Below, piece by piece: positions 21,435-31,568 of a DNA stretch of 36,049 nucleotides. Positions within the stretch are counted from its first letter, which is position 1. Every line of letters begins with the position of its first letter. Source of the stretch: Eubacteriales bacterium (GTDB taxonomy: Bacteria; Bacillota; Clostridia; Oscillospirales; CAG-272); NCBI GenBank assembly GCA_045643765.1, contig JAZRFS010000193.1:1-36049 (forward strand). The letters are read 5' to 3'. Below the pieces are notes generated by a model, which had not been told where the DNA came from, did no database searches, and saw only the letters and a program-made list of their open reading frames with translations. Made by a program: the position numbers and the translations under genes.

Positions 21435-23665
21435 GAGTAACCTCTGTCGATCGCAATCACGTCACGCAAGCCCTTAAGGCGAGCCACGATAGAGTGATAG
21501 TGATCCACGTTCTTACAGCTGATCTTGAGGTTGATGATCATCTGACCGTCGTTTTTCTTCTGGGTGTTGATCTGCAAAAGCAGCACCTTCATATCAGCAA
21601 GCGCCATCGTGATCTCGGCAAGAATGGTCAGGCTGCTGAACGCGTGGATCTGCACGAGTGCCTCGTACACGTCGTTCTCGCGTCCCTTGCCGCCGTTCTC
21701 CCAGTGCGCCTCGACCCAGCGGTCGGCGTTCTCGGTTTTCTTCATGCCCTCTTCTACGTTGGGACACTCTACCTTGTGAATGGAGATACCGAAGCCCTTG
21801 GTGATAAAGCCGATGACGTTATCACCCGGCAGCGGATTGCAGCACTTGGCGAACTTGACCGCACAGCCGTGCGCGCCGTCCACCACGATACCGCTGTTGT
21901 GCTTGATATGGCGGGGCGTAGGTGCTACGCGGATATCCTCGACCTCCAACGGCTTGGGTGCCTGCTCCTTTTCCTCGGGGCGCACCACCTTGTCAAACTC
22001 CTCGCGAAGACGCGTGGCAAGCTTGGACACGGTCACGCCGCCGAAGCCGATGGTGTTATACAGATCCTCGGCGCTGGCAAAGCCCGCGCGTGCGGCAAGT
22101 GCGCCAACGATCTCGGCGCGTTGAGTTTCCGTGGCGGGACGACCGAATTTCTTGCACTCCAGCTCGATCGCAGAACGCCCGACCACGATGTTTTCGTCGC
22201 GCTTTTCCTTTTTGAACCACTGACGGATCTTGGCGCGCGCGCCGCCCGTCTTGACGATGTTCAGCCAGTCGCGGCTGGGACCCTTACAGGAGTTGGAGGT
22301 GATGATCTCCACGATCTCGCCGCTGTTGGGCACGCGGTCGATGGACACGATCATACCGTTGATCTTGGCGCCCACCATCTTGTTGCCCACCGCCGAGTGA
22401 ATGGCGTAGGCGAAGTCAATGACCGTAGCGCCCTGCGGCAGCGTGATCACGTCGCCCTTGGGGGTAAATACGAAGGTTTCGTCCTGGAACACGTCGGTCT
22501 TAAACACGTTCATGAACTCGTCGGGATCGCGCGTTTCGCCCTCGCTTTCGATGAGGCGCGAAACCCACTCCAGCTTCTTGTCCATCTCCGCCTTACCCTC
22601 GGCACCCGACTTGTATTTCCAGTGCGCGGCGATTCCGTATTCTGCCACGCGGTGCATCTCGCGCGTACGGATCTGCACCTCAAAGGGGATACCGTAGCGG
22701 CCGATGACCGTGGTGTGCAGAGAGCGGTAAAGGTTGGGCTTGGGCGTGGAGATATAGTCCTTGAAGCGACCGGGCATCGAGTTATACATCTCGTGAATAA
22801 GACCAAGCGCGGTATAGCACTCCAGCTCGTTATCCACGATGATACGCAGCGCGTAAAAGTCATAGATCTCGTCAAAGCTCTTGTTTTGCGTATACATCTT
22901 CTTGTAGATGCTGTATACCGATTTGATGCGCCCCTCCAGGGTGAAGTCAATGTTGTTCTCGCGCATCTTGTCGCCGACCTCCTTGCGGATATGCTCCACA
23001 AAGTCGGTGTGGCGGCCGTATTTAGCCTCCACGTCGTCCTTGACCTCCTTATAGCCGTAGGGGTCAAGATAGCGCAAGCTGATATTCTCCAGCTCCTGCT
23101 TGATACGCTGGATACCAAGACGGTGCGCAAGCGGGGCGTACACGTGCATCGTTTCCAGCGCGGTGATGCGCTGCTTTTCCTCGGATTTCGCGTCCAGCGT
23201 GCGCATATTGTGCAGGCGGTCGCAAAGCTTGATGAAGATCACGCGCACGTCGCGCGCCATCGCAAGCAGCATCTTTCTAAGGGTTTCAATGTGGCTTTCT
23301 TCCTTGTCCTCGACCTGTAAAAACACGATTTTGGTAAGGCCGTCCACGATCAATGCCACATCGGCACCGAAGCGCTTTTCCAGCTCCTTTAAGTTGGTCT
23401 TGTCGGCGCAATCCTCCACGGTATCGTGCAAGAGTGCCGCACAGATCGAGTCGGTGTCAAGGCCGAGAGAAACCACGATCTGCGCCACCGCAAGGGGATG
23501 GGAAATATAGGGCTCGCCGCTCTGGCGCATCTGCCCCTCGTGCAGCATCGCAGCATACTCATACGCCGCGCGGATCTTTTCTAAGTTATAGTGATTGGAC
23601 GAAGCTGCAAGCGCGCCGAAAAGGTGCGCCTCTGCCGTAGCCGCAGTTTGTATTTCCTGTGACAT
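21431..23665 (-). CDS. relA: Bifunctional (p)ppGpp synthetase/hydrolase RelA/SpoT (Rel)
   Basis: HD domain (HPLAVAQIV..HDTVED), synthetase domain (YRSLHTTV), TGS and ACT-like regions. 744 aa. Confidence 0.95.
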   Translation of the reverse strand: MSQEIQTAATAEAHLFGALAASSNHYNLEKIRAAYEYAAMLHEGQMRQSGEPYISHPLAVAQIVVSLGLDTDSICAALLHDTVEDCADKTNLKELEKRFGADVALIVDGLTKIVFLQVEDKEESHIETLRKMLLAMARDVRVIFIKLCDRLHNMRTLDAKSEEKQRITALETMHVYAPLAHRLGIQRIKQELENISLRYLDPYGYKEVKDDVEAKYGRHTDFVEHIRKEVGDKMRENNIDFTLEGRIKSVYSIYKKMYTQNKSFDEIYDFYALRIIVDNELECYTALGLIHEMYNSMPGRFKDYISTPKPNLYRSLHTTVIGRYGIPFEVQIRTREMHRVAEYGIAAHWKYKSGAEGKAEMDKKLEWVSRLIESEGETRDPDEFMNVFKTDVFQDETFVFTPKGDVITLPQGATVIDFAYAIHSAVGNKMVGAKINGMIVSIDRVPNSGEIVEIITSNSCKGPSRDWLNIVKTGGARAKIRQWFKKEKRDENIVVGRSAIELECKKFGRPATETQRAEIVGALAARAGFASAEDLYNTIGFGGVTVSKLATRLREEFDKVVRPEEKEQAPKPLEVEDIRVAPTPRHIKHNSGIVVDGAHGCAVKFAKCCNPLPGDNVIGFITKGFGISIHKVECPNVEEGMKKTENADRWVEAHWENGGKGRENDVYEALVQIHAFSSLTILAEITMALADMKVLLLQINTQKKNDGQMIINLKISCKNVDHYHSIVARLKGLRDVIAIDRGYS

Positions 23666-23678
23666 ATTACCTCTCCTT

Positions 23679-25859
23679 TCACGCCTTACATTGACTTTTC
23701 AGCTTCTTGAGAAGATAAGACTTCTCAATGTTCGTTTTGGATGCGTTGAAGTAGATATCGAAGCGGTAAACACCTTCCTCGATCTCCTCCACGCCACAGA
23801 TCTTCAGCTCGTGGAAGATCTCCAGAATGTATTTCATCTTGCCGTAGTTGATGGGATGCGGTGCACCCGCATTCAGCATCGGCAAAAGGGCACGCTCCGT
23901 GAAAATATCCTTTCCCTGACGGAATTCACGGCGCAGCGCGGTATAGACGTGCGCAAAATCCTCGCGTGCGGGGATAAGATCCTCGGAAGCGGAGAATTCA
24001 GCGCCGGCACGCACCTCACGGTAACGCGCGATGTGTTCGTTACATTCACTCTCATAGCATTGCGAGGGCTTGAAATCCTGCACGATCAGCTGCACCGTGC
24101 GGATGTCGCGGAATTCGTTGATATCCACCGTACAAAGCAGATCGACACGATCCCCCTCCACGTACGGGAAACGGGAGCGGGGCGTGGAAAACAACATCGC
24201 CGTGTGGCTGATACCGCCCTTCCCCACCTGCAGCTTGAGATGCTTGCCGCCGCCAAGCTCGCTGACGCGCTCCAGCACAAGATCCCGCAGAATAAACTGC
24301 GGCACAGGATTGGCAACGCCAAAGGGCTCCATGCGGGAAAGCTCCTCGGCAAGCGGAATGCTGACGTCACGAACGTCCAGCTCAAGATCAGCCTCTACCT
24401 GGGCGCAGACGCCGCCGTCGGGCAGGCACTTTGCCGCGTGCGCATTGATGCGCGCGCGGAATTCATCCAGCTTATCGCGGCGGATGGTAAGTCCTGCCGC
24501 CAGCTCGTGTCCACCGAATTTTACAAGAAGATCCTCGCAGGCGGTCAGCGCCTCGACAAGGTTCATTCCCTTCACACTTCTACCCGAGCCCTTGCCCTGA
24601 TCGTCAGGGCTGTCAAACCCTGTGGTGGCACCGTCAAAGGATACCAGAATAGAGGGCAAGCCATAGCGCTCGGTAATGCGCGAGCACACGATACCGATGA
24701 TGCCCTGACGCCAGTGGTCGTCCTCCAGCACCAACACGCGCGTGGTGTCGGGATCAAACTCCTCCTCAATACGGCGATATGCCTGCTCGGCGATGGTATT
24801 CTCCTCGCTTTGGCGCAGACTGTTGATCTCACACAGCTCGGCAGCCATACGGTCCGCCTCCTCGGCAGTCTTTGCCAGAAGCAGCTCTACGGCAATCTTC
24901 GCCTCGCTCATTCTGCCCGCCGCGTTGATGCGGGGTGCCACGCCGAAGCCGATAAAGGTAGAGGTGATCTTGCGGCGTCTTTGCGGCTTACCGCTCGCAC
25001 CCGCAGAGGCTTTATCCAGAAGCGCGGCAAGTCCCACGCGCTCGGTGCGCTCGATCTGGCGCAAGCCAAGCGTCACGATCAGTCTGTTTTCGTCCGTGAT
25101 CGGCATCACGTCCGCGATCGTACCGATGGCAACAAGATCGGCAAAGCGCGCCGCCACGCGGCGTACGCCCTCGATCTCCGCTTCTCCCTTTTCCGCGCCA
25201 AGCGTCGCCTCAAAGGCGGCAATCAGCTTGAACACCACGCCGACGCCCGCCAGCTCCTTGAAGGGATAGGGACAGTCGGGGCGATGAGGATTAACCACAG
25301 CCACAGCATCGGGCAAAGTGGCACGGCATTCGTGGTGGTCGGTGATGACCATATCAATGCCGATCTCTTTGGCGTATTCCGCCTCTTCACAAGCCGTGAT
25401 GCCCGTATCCACCGTGATCACAAGGCTGACACCGTCGGATTGCAGCTTATCCAGCGCAGTACGGGACAAGCCGTAGCCCTCGCCAGAGCGGCTGGGGATA
25501 TAATATCCCACGTCGCCGCCCATACCCGTGAGGTACAGGTAAAGCATACTCACAGAGGTCACGCCATCCACGTCGTAGTCACCATAAATTACGATTTTTT
25601 CCTTATTCGCAAGTGCCGCGCGGATGCGTGCCACGGCGGGCACGACGTCCTTGAGCAAAAAGGGACTGTGAAAGGCTGTATCCTCGCAGCAAAGAAAGCG
25701 CTTTACCGCCTCGGCGGTACGCAGACCGCGGTGATACAGCAGGCGCGCGCAAACAAGCGAAAATCCCGTCTGCTCCTGAAGCGCCAGGATCTCGCTTTCA
25801 GGTGCGGTGTGATCCTCGCGCAGCACCCATATTTTTTCCTTTCGTCTTTGTTCCATCAC
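23679..25859 (-). CDS. recJ: Single-stranded-DNA-specific exonuclease RecJ
   Basis: DHH motifs (IYGDYDVDGVTS, ITVDTGI, VITDHH), DHHA1 domain and a C-terminal extension. 726 aa. Confidence 0.93.
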   Translation of the reverse strand: MMEQRRKEKIWVLREDHTAPESEILALQEQTGFSLVCARLLYHRGLRTAEAVKRFLCCEDTAFHSPFLLKDVVPAVARIRAALANKEKIVIYGDYDVDGVTSVSMLYLYLTGMGGDVGYYIPSRSGEGYGLSRTALDKLQSDGVSLVITVDTGITACEEAEYAKEIGIDMVITDHHECRATLPDAVAVVNPHRPDCPYPFKELAGVGVVFKLIAAFEATLGAEKGEAEIEGVRRVAARFADLVAIGTIADVMPITDENRLIVTLGLRQIERTERVGLAALLDKASAGASGKPQRRRKITSTFIGFGVAPRINAAGRMSEAKIAVELLLAKTAEEADRMAAELCEINSLRQSEENTIAEQAYRRIEEEFDPDTTRVLVLEDDHWRQGIIGIVCSRITERYGLPSILVSFDGATTGFDSPDDQGKGSGRSVKGMNLVEALTACEDLLVKFGGHELAAGLTIRRDKLDEFRARINAHAAKCLPDGGVCAQVEADLELDVRDVSIPLAEELSRMEPFGVANPVPQFILRDLVLERVSELGGGKHLKLQVGKGGISHTAMLFSTPRSRFPYVEGDRVDLLCTVDINEFRDIRTVQLIVQDFKPSQCYESECNEHIARYREVRAGAEFSASEDLIPAREDFAHVYTALRREFRQGKDIFTERALLPMLNAGAPHPINYGKMKYILEIFHELKICGVEEIEEGVYRFDIYFNASKTNIEKSYLLKKLKSQCKA

Positions 25860-27478
25860 ACGTTTCCTTCCTTTGGTTTGCGGTAGCGCGCCATCACGGC
25901 AAGCGCTGCGCGCAGCCCATCCAGAGCCGCGCTGGTAATGCCGCCCGCATAGCCTGCGCCCTCCCCCACCGGGTAAAGTCGCGCGTATGTAGGGGCTGTT
26001 CCGTCCGCGCCGCGCAGAATGCGCACAGGGGACGAGGTACGGCTCTCCACGCCCGTCAGCACTGCATCGGGCGCGGCATAGCCGCGAAGCTTTTTATCAA
26101 ACGAAACAAGTCCTTGCGCCAGCGTGTCGCACACGAAGGCGGGTAAAACCTCGTGCATATCGGCTGTACGCACACGACCGCCTCCATAGGTGGGCAGAAT
26201 GCGAGAGGGCTCGCTTCCCCACTTCCCCGCAAGGAAATCTCCCACCGTCTGCACGGGGGCAAAGTAATCTCCACCGCCTGCGCGATAGGCAGCGCGCTCG
26301 ATCGCACGCTGAAAATCAATGGCGCCCTGCACGGTGCCGCCCACGTCTGCGGGGCTCACCGAAACCGCTACCGCCGCATTGGAATTTCTTCCGTCACGCG
26401 CGTGATAGCTCATGCCGTTGACCACAACGCCACCCTCCTCGGACGCCGCTGCAACGATCTCGCCGCCGGGGCACATACAGAAGGTGTAAACACCGCGCGC
26501 TCCCGTCGTATCTGACAGCGCGTATTCCCCGGGACCAAGTGCGGGATGTCCCGCAAGATCACCGTAAAGCGCACGGTCAATATCCTCGCGCAGATGCTCG
26601 ATACGCACACCCACGGAAAAGGGCTTGGGCTCGATCATCATACCCTTGCGGATAAGCATTTCAAAGGTGTCACGTGCGCTGTGCCCGATTGCCAACAGCA
26701 CCACGCCTGCCTCAAGCTCCCCTTGCGAGGTGCGCACACGCACACCCTGTGCGGTAGGGGTAAAATCCTCTAATTTCGTGCGGTACCTGACAGTGCCGCC
26801 AAGCGCTTCAATGCGGTTCAGAACGTTCTGCACGACCTCGCGCAAAATATCCGTGCCCACATGGGGCTTCTGCTTTTGTTCGATCTCGGCAGGTGCACCG
26901 AATTCCACCAGACGAGAAAGCACGTAGTTACAAAGCGGATCATTCACGCGCGTGACAAGCTTGCCGTCCGAGAAGGTGCCGGCACCGCCCGCGCCGAACT
27001 GAATATTGCTTTCAACATCCATCTCCCCGCGCGCGCTGAAGCGCGCTACTGCACGCGCGCGTAAAGAAACGTCATCCCCGCGGTCGATGATAATGGGGGC
27101 ATAGCCCTGCTCTGCCAGCATCAGTGCAGCAAAAAGACCCGCGGGACCCATACCCACCACAAGCGGTCTTTTTTCCAACGGCTCCGCACCAAACGACACC
27201 TCCGGCACCGCATAGCAAAAGGGGCGTGCTCCCAGCTTTTGCAGGGTTTGCGCGCTCACGCGGATCGGCTCCTCGCTTGTGGCAAGCACCGAGCAGACCT
27301 TCAGCATTGCCTGCTTGCGACGTGCATCCAGCGATTTTTTGTATAAGCGAAAACGAAGCCGCGCGTCAAGACGCGCGGACTTCAGCTTTTTCTGTGCAAT
27401 TTTCAGGGCTTCCTCATCGGGGGCATCAAACGGGATGCGGATATCCGACAAGAGAAGTGCATCAATTTTTCCTTGCAT
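25856..27478 (-). CDS. FAD-dependent oxidoreductase (uncharacterised COG2509-type dehydrogenase)
   Basis: VVGMGPAGLFAAL is the GxGxxG dinucleotide-binding motif. 540 aa. 4-nt overlap with recJ. Confidence 0.8.
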   Translation of the reverse strand: MQGKIDALLLSDIRIPFDAPDEEALKIAQKKLKSARLDARLRFRLYKKSLDARRKQAMLKVCSVLATSEEPIRVSAQTLQKLGARPFCYAVPEVSFGAEPLEKRPLVVGMGPAGLFAALMLAEQGYAPIIIDRGDDVSLRARAVARFSARGEMDVESNIQFGAGGAGTFSDGKLVTRVNDPLCNYVLSRLVEFGAPAEIEQKQKPHVGTDILREVVQNVLNRIEALGGTVRYRTKLEDFTPTAQGVRVRTSQGELEAGVVLLAIGHSARDTFEMLIRKGMMIEPKPFSVGVRIEHLREDIDRALYGDLAGHPALGPGEYALSDTTGARGVYTFCMCPGGEIVAAASEEGGVVVNGMSYHARDGRNSNAAVAVSVSPADVGGTVQGAIDFQRAIERAAYRAGGGDYFAPVQTVGDFLAGKWGSEPSRILPTYGGGRVRTADMHEVLPAFVCDTLAQGLVSFDKKLRGYAAPDAVLTGVESRTSSPVRILRGADGTAPTYARLYPVGEGAGYAGGITSAALDGLRAALAVMARYRKPKEGNV

Positions 27479-27479
27479 C

Positions 27480-27893
27480 TTACTTCGCCTTTACGGTAAG
27501 GACTGCGCTGAACTCGCGGGTCACGTATACACCGTTCGGAAGCTGCAAAAGCGCCTCGTTCACAGAAGCAGAGCCACCCAAGGCACCCAGTACGTACAGG
27601 GCGTCTTCTGCGCTCAGCGTGATCACAAGCTCGTCAAGATTACGCAGATCGCAAACCTTTCCCTCTACCTCTACGCCATCCACGGAAAGGGTGCATTCGT
27701 ACCCTTCGGGAGCCACGATGCGGACGGGAATATAGTCGGTATCCTGCGTATTCATCACGCCGACCCAGACCACAAGCGCCAATAAAATGCAGACCAACGC
27801 GGCAATGATCGTACCATACACAGTATGGTGCGATGCACGCGCGCCTTGCGCTTGCTCTGCGTCTTTTTCCAACAAAATTTCTTTATCGTTCAT
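27480..27893 (-). CDS. Membrane-anchored protein downstream of cdaA (possible short CdaR/YbbR-like regulator)
   Basis: One TM helix (TIIAALVCILLALVVWVGV) followed by a beta-rich domain. 1-nt overlap with cdaA. The call rests on position and is tentative. Confidence 0.45.
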   Translation of the reverse strand: MNDKEILLEKDAEQAQGARASHHTVYGTIIAALVCILLALVVWVGVMNTQDTDYIPVRIVAPEGYECTLSVDGVEVEGKVCDLRNLDELVITLSAEDALYVLGALGGSASVNEALLQLPNGVYVTREFSAVLTVKAK

Positions 27894-28753
27894 TACAGTT
27901 CCTCGTTACGTTGTTGTGCGTTTCTCTGCATACCGAGAAGCTCGCCGAGCTTGCGGCGCAGGGAAACCGAAGTAAAGTTGCGATACAGCTCGCCGCCAAC
28001 GGCAAGCGAGATGATGCCCGTCTGCTCGGACACGATAATGATGACGGCATCGCTATCCTCCGAAGCGCCAACGGCGGCGCGGTGACGGGTTCCAAGATCC
28101 TTAATAGGCTCGGTATTCTGCGTCAGTGGCAGGTTGCATCCGGCAGCAAAAACATGTCCTTCACGAATAATGACCGCACCGTCGTGCAAAGGGGTCATAT
28201 TGAAGAAGATCGTCTGCAGAAGGCGCGCGCTGATGTCAGCGTTCAATCTTGTGCCGCTTTGCGCATACTCACCGATCTTGATCGAGCGCTCGATCGCAAT
28301 AATGGCGCCCGTTTTGGAGAAGGACATATGCTTCACCGCCAGAACAATTTCGTCAAGCCCGGCAGCGGTCAGTGCCGAGCGGCTTCTTGCCTCGGCTCTG
28401 ATGCCCTTTATGTTGCGGAAGGAGGTGGAGCCAAGTCGCTCGACCACCGAGCGGATCTCGGGCTGGAAGATCACCACCAGTGCCACAAGACCGTAGCCGA
28501 AGAAGGAGCCGAACAAATAGCGCAATCCATAGAAATCAAACAGCTCTGCCACGGCATACGCGCCGACCAGAAGCCCTAAGCCCCATAAAATACGACTGGC
28601 GCGTCTTTCGCGCACAAAACGGAACAGGGCGAAAAAGAGTGCTGCCAGAAGGGCGATATCCAGGGCGTCGCGCCAGGCAAAATCACGGAAGGGACCCACA
28701 AAATATTCAAAAGAGAAGCTGCTGGAAAACAGCCGATCAAAAAATTCTTTCAT
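27893..28753 (-). CDS. cdaA: Diadenylate cyclase CdaA
   Basis: Three N-terminal TM helices followed by a DisA_N domain: TPLHDGAVIIREGHVFAAGCNLPL and LGTRHRAAVGASEDSDAVIIIVSEQTG. Confidence 0.92.
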   Translation of the reverse strand: MKEFFDRLFSSSFSFEYFVGPFRDFAWRDALDIALLAALFFALFRFVRERRASRILWGLGLLVGAYAVAELFDFYGLRYLFGSFFGYGLVALVVIFQPEIRSVVERLGSTSFRNIKGIRAEARSRSALTAAGLDEIVLAVKHMSFSKTGAIIAIERSIKIGEYAQSGTRLNADISARLLQTIFFNMTPLHDGAVIIREGHVFAAGCNLPLTQNTEPIKDLGTRHRAAVGASEDSDAVIIIVSEQTGIISLAVGGELYRNFTSVSLRRKLGELLGMQRNAQQRNEEL

Positions 28754-29150
28754 TTCAAAATCCTCATATCAAAGCACCGAAATACGTGCCGCGTCATGGC
28801 AAAAAATGCCGAAATCATCAAACTTACTTTTGTTGCACCGCCACGTCTACCTGCGGTCAAGGTCAAAGAAAGGAGAGCGATAGACGCTCGATCCCACGCG
28901 CCGTGCGCGATTTTTATAACTCATTATAGCATATAACAATATGAAAAGTAAATAGTTTTTTTGAAATTTTTAAATATTTTTTTAATTTGCAAAAAAACTT
29001 GCCAAAAACACGCCCGCCTCCCTCCAGAACGCACCCCGTCACGGGGGTAAATGCGTTTTTTTGCATTTTTTTGAGCAAAATTCTTTTCTTTTTCAGTCGC
29101 TTGTGTTACAATAGAGGCACAACCCTTATTTTTGCAAAAGGAGAATGCCT

Positions 29151-30260
29151 ATGAACGCTTCTTTTTATATGCCCACGCGCGTATTTTTCGGCGAGCACGC
29201 GCTGGTGAAAAACAAAAACGCCATTGCGCTCGGCAAGCACGCGCTTATTGTCACGGGTGCCCATTCGGCAAAGGCTTCCGGCGCGTTGGACGAGGTCACC
29301 GCCGTTCTGAGGGACTTTGGCATCGGCTATACCGTTTTTGACAAAATCCGCGAAAATCCACCTCTTCTGACCTGTTTTGAGGGCGGAAAGCTGGCAAGCG
29401 AGATCGGCGCAGATTTCGTGATCGGGATCGGTGGCGGCTCTCCGCTGGACGCCGCAAAGGCGATCGCCGCTTTTGCGAGCAATCAAGGCATCGAGCCGAT
29501 GGACATTTATGACGAACAAAAGCGCCAAAATCCCACCCTGCCCATTATCGCCATTCCCACCACGGCAGGTACGGGCAGCGAAGTCAATTATTACAGTGTC
29601 CTGACGCTTCCCGACGGCGAGCGCAAAAAGACCTTTAAGGCAAGCGATGCGTGGCCGTGCGCAGCCTTCGTTGACCCCCGCTACACCTATTCTCTTTCAC
29701 ACAGCTCCACCGTGAGCACCGCGCTGGACGCGTTTGCCCACGCACTGGAAAGCTACCTTTCCCCGAAATCCACCGTTTTCTCCGAGCAAGCGGCACTTTT
29801 TGCCGCCAAAGAGCTCTGGGACGTGCTTTCGCAGGCTCCTGCCGTCTTCACCCCCGAGATGCGCGAGCAGCTGTTCGCCGCCGCCACTGCCGCCGGTATG
29901 GCGATCTCCGTGACGGGCACGGGCTTCCCGCATCCAATGGGTTATAGCATCACGCTGCTTGACGGTATTCCGCACGGCAAGGCCTGTGCCGTATTTGCGG
30001 GCGATTATATAGAATATAATGAAAAAACACAGGTGGGCAAGGAGCGTATCGCCGCCTTTGCCGCACACGTCGGCACCACCCCAAAACTGATGAAGGCACT
30101 TTTACCCGGGCTTGCCGGCGTTGAGCTTTCCTTCACTGAGGAAGAAATCGACCGCCGCGTGAAGCTCATCAGCGGCGCCGGCAACTACGTGAATAGCCCC
30201 TATGTGCTGTCCGTAGAGGAGATGTACGACATCTACCGTGACCATTTCCTCAAAAAATGA
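29151..30260 (+). CDS. Iron-containing (group III) alcohol dehydrogenase
   Basis: GIGGGSPLDAAKAIA motif and metal-binding His residues (HALESYL, HPMG). AAGGAG RBS spacing favours ATG 29151 over 29145. Confidence 0.88.
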   Translation: MNASFYMPTRVFFGEHALVKNKNAIALGKHALIVTGAHSAKASGALDEVTAVLRDFGIGYTVFDKIRENPPLLTCFEGGKLASEIGADFVIGIGGGSPLDAAKAIAAFASNQGIEPMDIYDEQKRQNPTLPIIAIPTTAGTGSEVNYYSVLTLPDGERKKTFKASDAWPCAAFVDPRYTYSLSHSSTVSTALDAFAHALESYLSPKSTVFSEQAALFAAKELWDVLSQAPAVFTPEMREQLFAAATAAGMAISVTGTGFPHPMGYSITLLDGIPHGKACAVFAGDYIEYNEKTQVGKERIAAFAAHVGTTPKLMKALLPGLAGVELSFTEEEIDRRVKLISGAGNYVNSPYVLSVEEMYDIYRDHFLKK

Positions 30261-30280
30261 CAAAACACTATAAAAAAGCA

Positions 30281-30318
30281 GAAGAAGCGGCACAAATCGT
30301 GCCGCTTCTTTGTTTTTC
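30281..30318 (+). terminator. Intrinsic terminator
   Basis: GAAGAAGCGGCAC-aaatc-GTGCCGCTTCTT followed by TGTTTTT. Confidence 0.8.
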
Positions 30319-30402
30319 TAATTTTTAAATTGACATTTTCCAAATTTGTGCATATTTTTTCCATTTTATCGCACACAAAAGCCACTTTGTTTTCCAAAAG
30401 CG

Positions 30403-30438
30403 CAAAAAAGAACGCGAGCCGTTCGACCCGCGTTCTTT
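30403..30438 (-). terminator. Intrinsic terminator after tRNA-Val
   Basis: Minus strand reads AAGAACGCGG-gtcgaacgg-CTCGCGTTCTT followed by TTTTGCG. Confidence 0.75.
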
Positions 30439-30443
30439 TGCGT

Positions 30444-30520
30444 TGGTGGAGACAGTTGGAATCGAACCAACGACCTCATGCATGTCAAGCATGCGCTCTA
30501 ACCATCTGGGCTATGCCTCC
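30444..30520 (-). tRNA. tRNA-Val (anticodon GAC)
   Basis: The reverse complement GGAGGCATAGCCCAGATGGTTAGAGCGCATGCTTGACATGCATGAGGTCGTTGGTTCGATTCCAACTGTCTCCACCA folds as a cloverleaf. Acceptor GGAGGCA/TGTCTCC, anticodon arm CATGC-TTGACAT-GCATG, T-arm GTTGG-TTCGATT-CCAAC, encoded CCA. Confidence 0.9.
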
Positions 30521-30629
30521 ATTTGCTGCAGCGATTGCCACAACAGATGATATTATAGCACATTCCTTTTCAAAATGCAACCCCTTTTTTGATATTTTTT
30601 CAAAAAATCTTTCCTTTTGGCGATTTTTC

Positions 30630-30658
30630 TTGACTTTTGCGCGCGCGATAGCTATAAT
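30630..30658 (+). promoter_or_regulatory. Promoter of rsmA
   Basis: TTGACT, a 17-nt spacer and TATAAT. Confidence 0.65.
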
Positions 30659-30692
30659 ATTATGAGTATAACGCAAAAAAGCGAGGACTTTT

Positions 30693-31568
30693 ATGAATTT
30701 ATGTGATCAAAAAACGGTGCGCTCTGTGATGCAGGCGTTCGGGCTGCGTTTCCGCAAGGAGTTCGGTCAGAACTTCCTTACCAATCGCTGTGTGGTTGAG
30801 GATATTGCCGACTACTGCACCGACAACGAGGAAGAAACCATCCTGGAGATCGGTCCCGGCATCGGTACGCTCACACGTGAGCTTTGCGCACGCTATAAAA
30901 ACGTGGTGGCGCTGGAGATCGACAAATCCCTCATCCCCGCGCTGAAATACACCCTGAACGAATTTCACAACGTCACCGTCATCAACGAGGATGTGATGAA
31001 GGCGGATCTTGACGCCCTGCTCGCCCCCTATTTTGAAAAGGGGCGCGTGTCCGTGTGCGCCAACCTTCCCTATTATATCACCACGCCCATTCTGATGAAG
31101 CTGCTGGAAAGCGGTCTTCCCTTCCACAATATCACGGTGATGATCCAATCCGAGGTGGCGGATCGCCTTTGCTCGCCCGTGGGCGGCAAGGATTGCGGCG
31201 CCATCACCGCGGTACTGAATTATTACGGCGTGGCAGAAAGATTGTTCGTCGTGCCCGCACACGACTTCCTGCCGCCCCCCTCGGTGAACTCCGCCGTGGT
31301 GCGCATTCGCTTGCACGATGAAAAGCCCTTCGTTCCCAAGAATGACGAGCTGTTCCGCAAGACCATCCGCGTGGCGTTTGAGCAACGCCGCAAGACGCTG
31401 CCCAACGCCTTGCAGGCGGGCTTTGGCAATCTTTCCAAGGAGGATTGCATCGCCGCCGTGGAACAGGCAGGCCTTCGCCCCGACATTCGCGGCGAGCGTC
31501 TTACAATGCAGGATTTCGTCACACTTTCGGATATTCTTGACGGGATGCTGACGGAGGCAAAGGCATGA
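30693..31568 (+). CDS. rsmA: 16S rRNA (adenine1518/1519-N6)-dimethyltransferase RsmA/KsgA
   Basis: KEFGQNFL, ILEIGPGIGTLT (SAM-binding) and ANLPYYITTPIL motifs. Confidence 0.95.
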   Translation: MNLCDQKTVRSVMQAFGLRFRKEFGQNFLTNRCVVEDIADYCTDNEEETILEIGPGIGTLTRELCARYKNVVALEIDKSLIPALKYTLNEFHNVTVINEDVMKADLDALLAPYFEKGRVSVCANLPYYITTPILMKLLESGLPFHNITVMIQSEVADRLCSPVGGKDCGAITAVLNYYGVAERLFVVPAHDFLPPPSVNSAVVRIRLHDEKPFVPKNDELFRKTIRVAFEQRRKTLPNALQAGFGNLSKEDCIAAVEQAGLRPDIRGERLTMQDFVTLSDILDGMLTEAKA

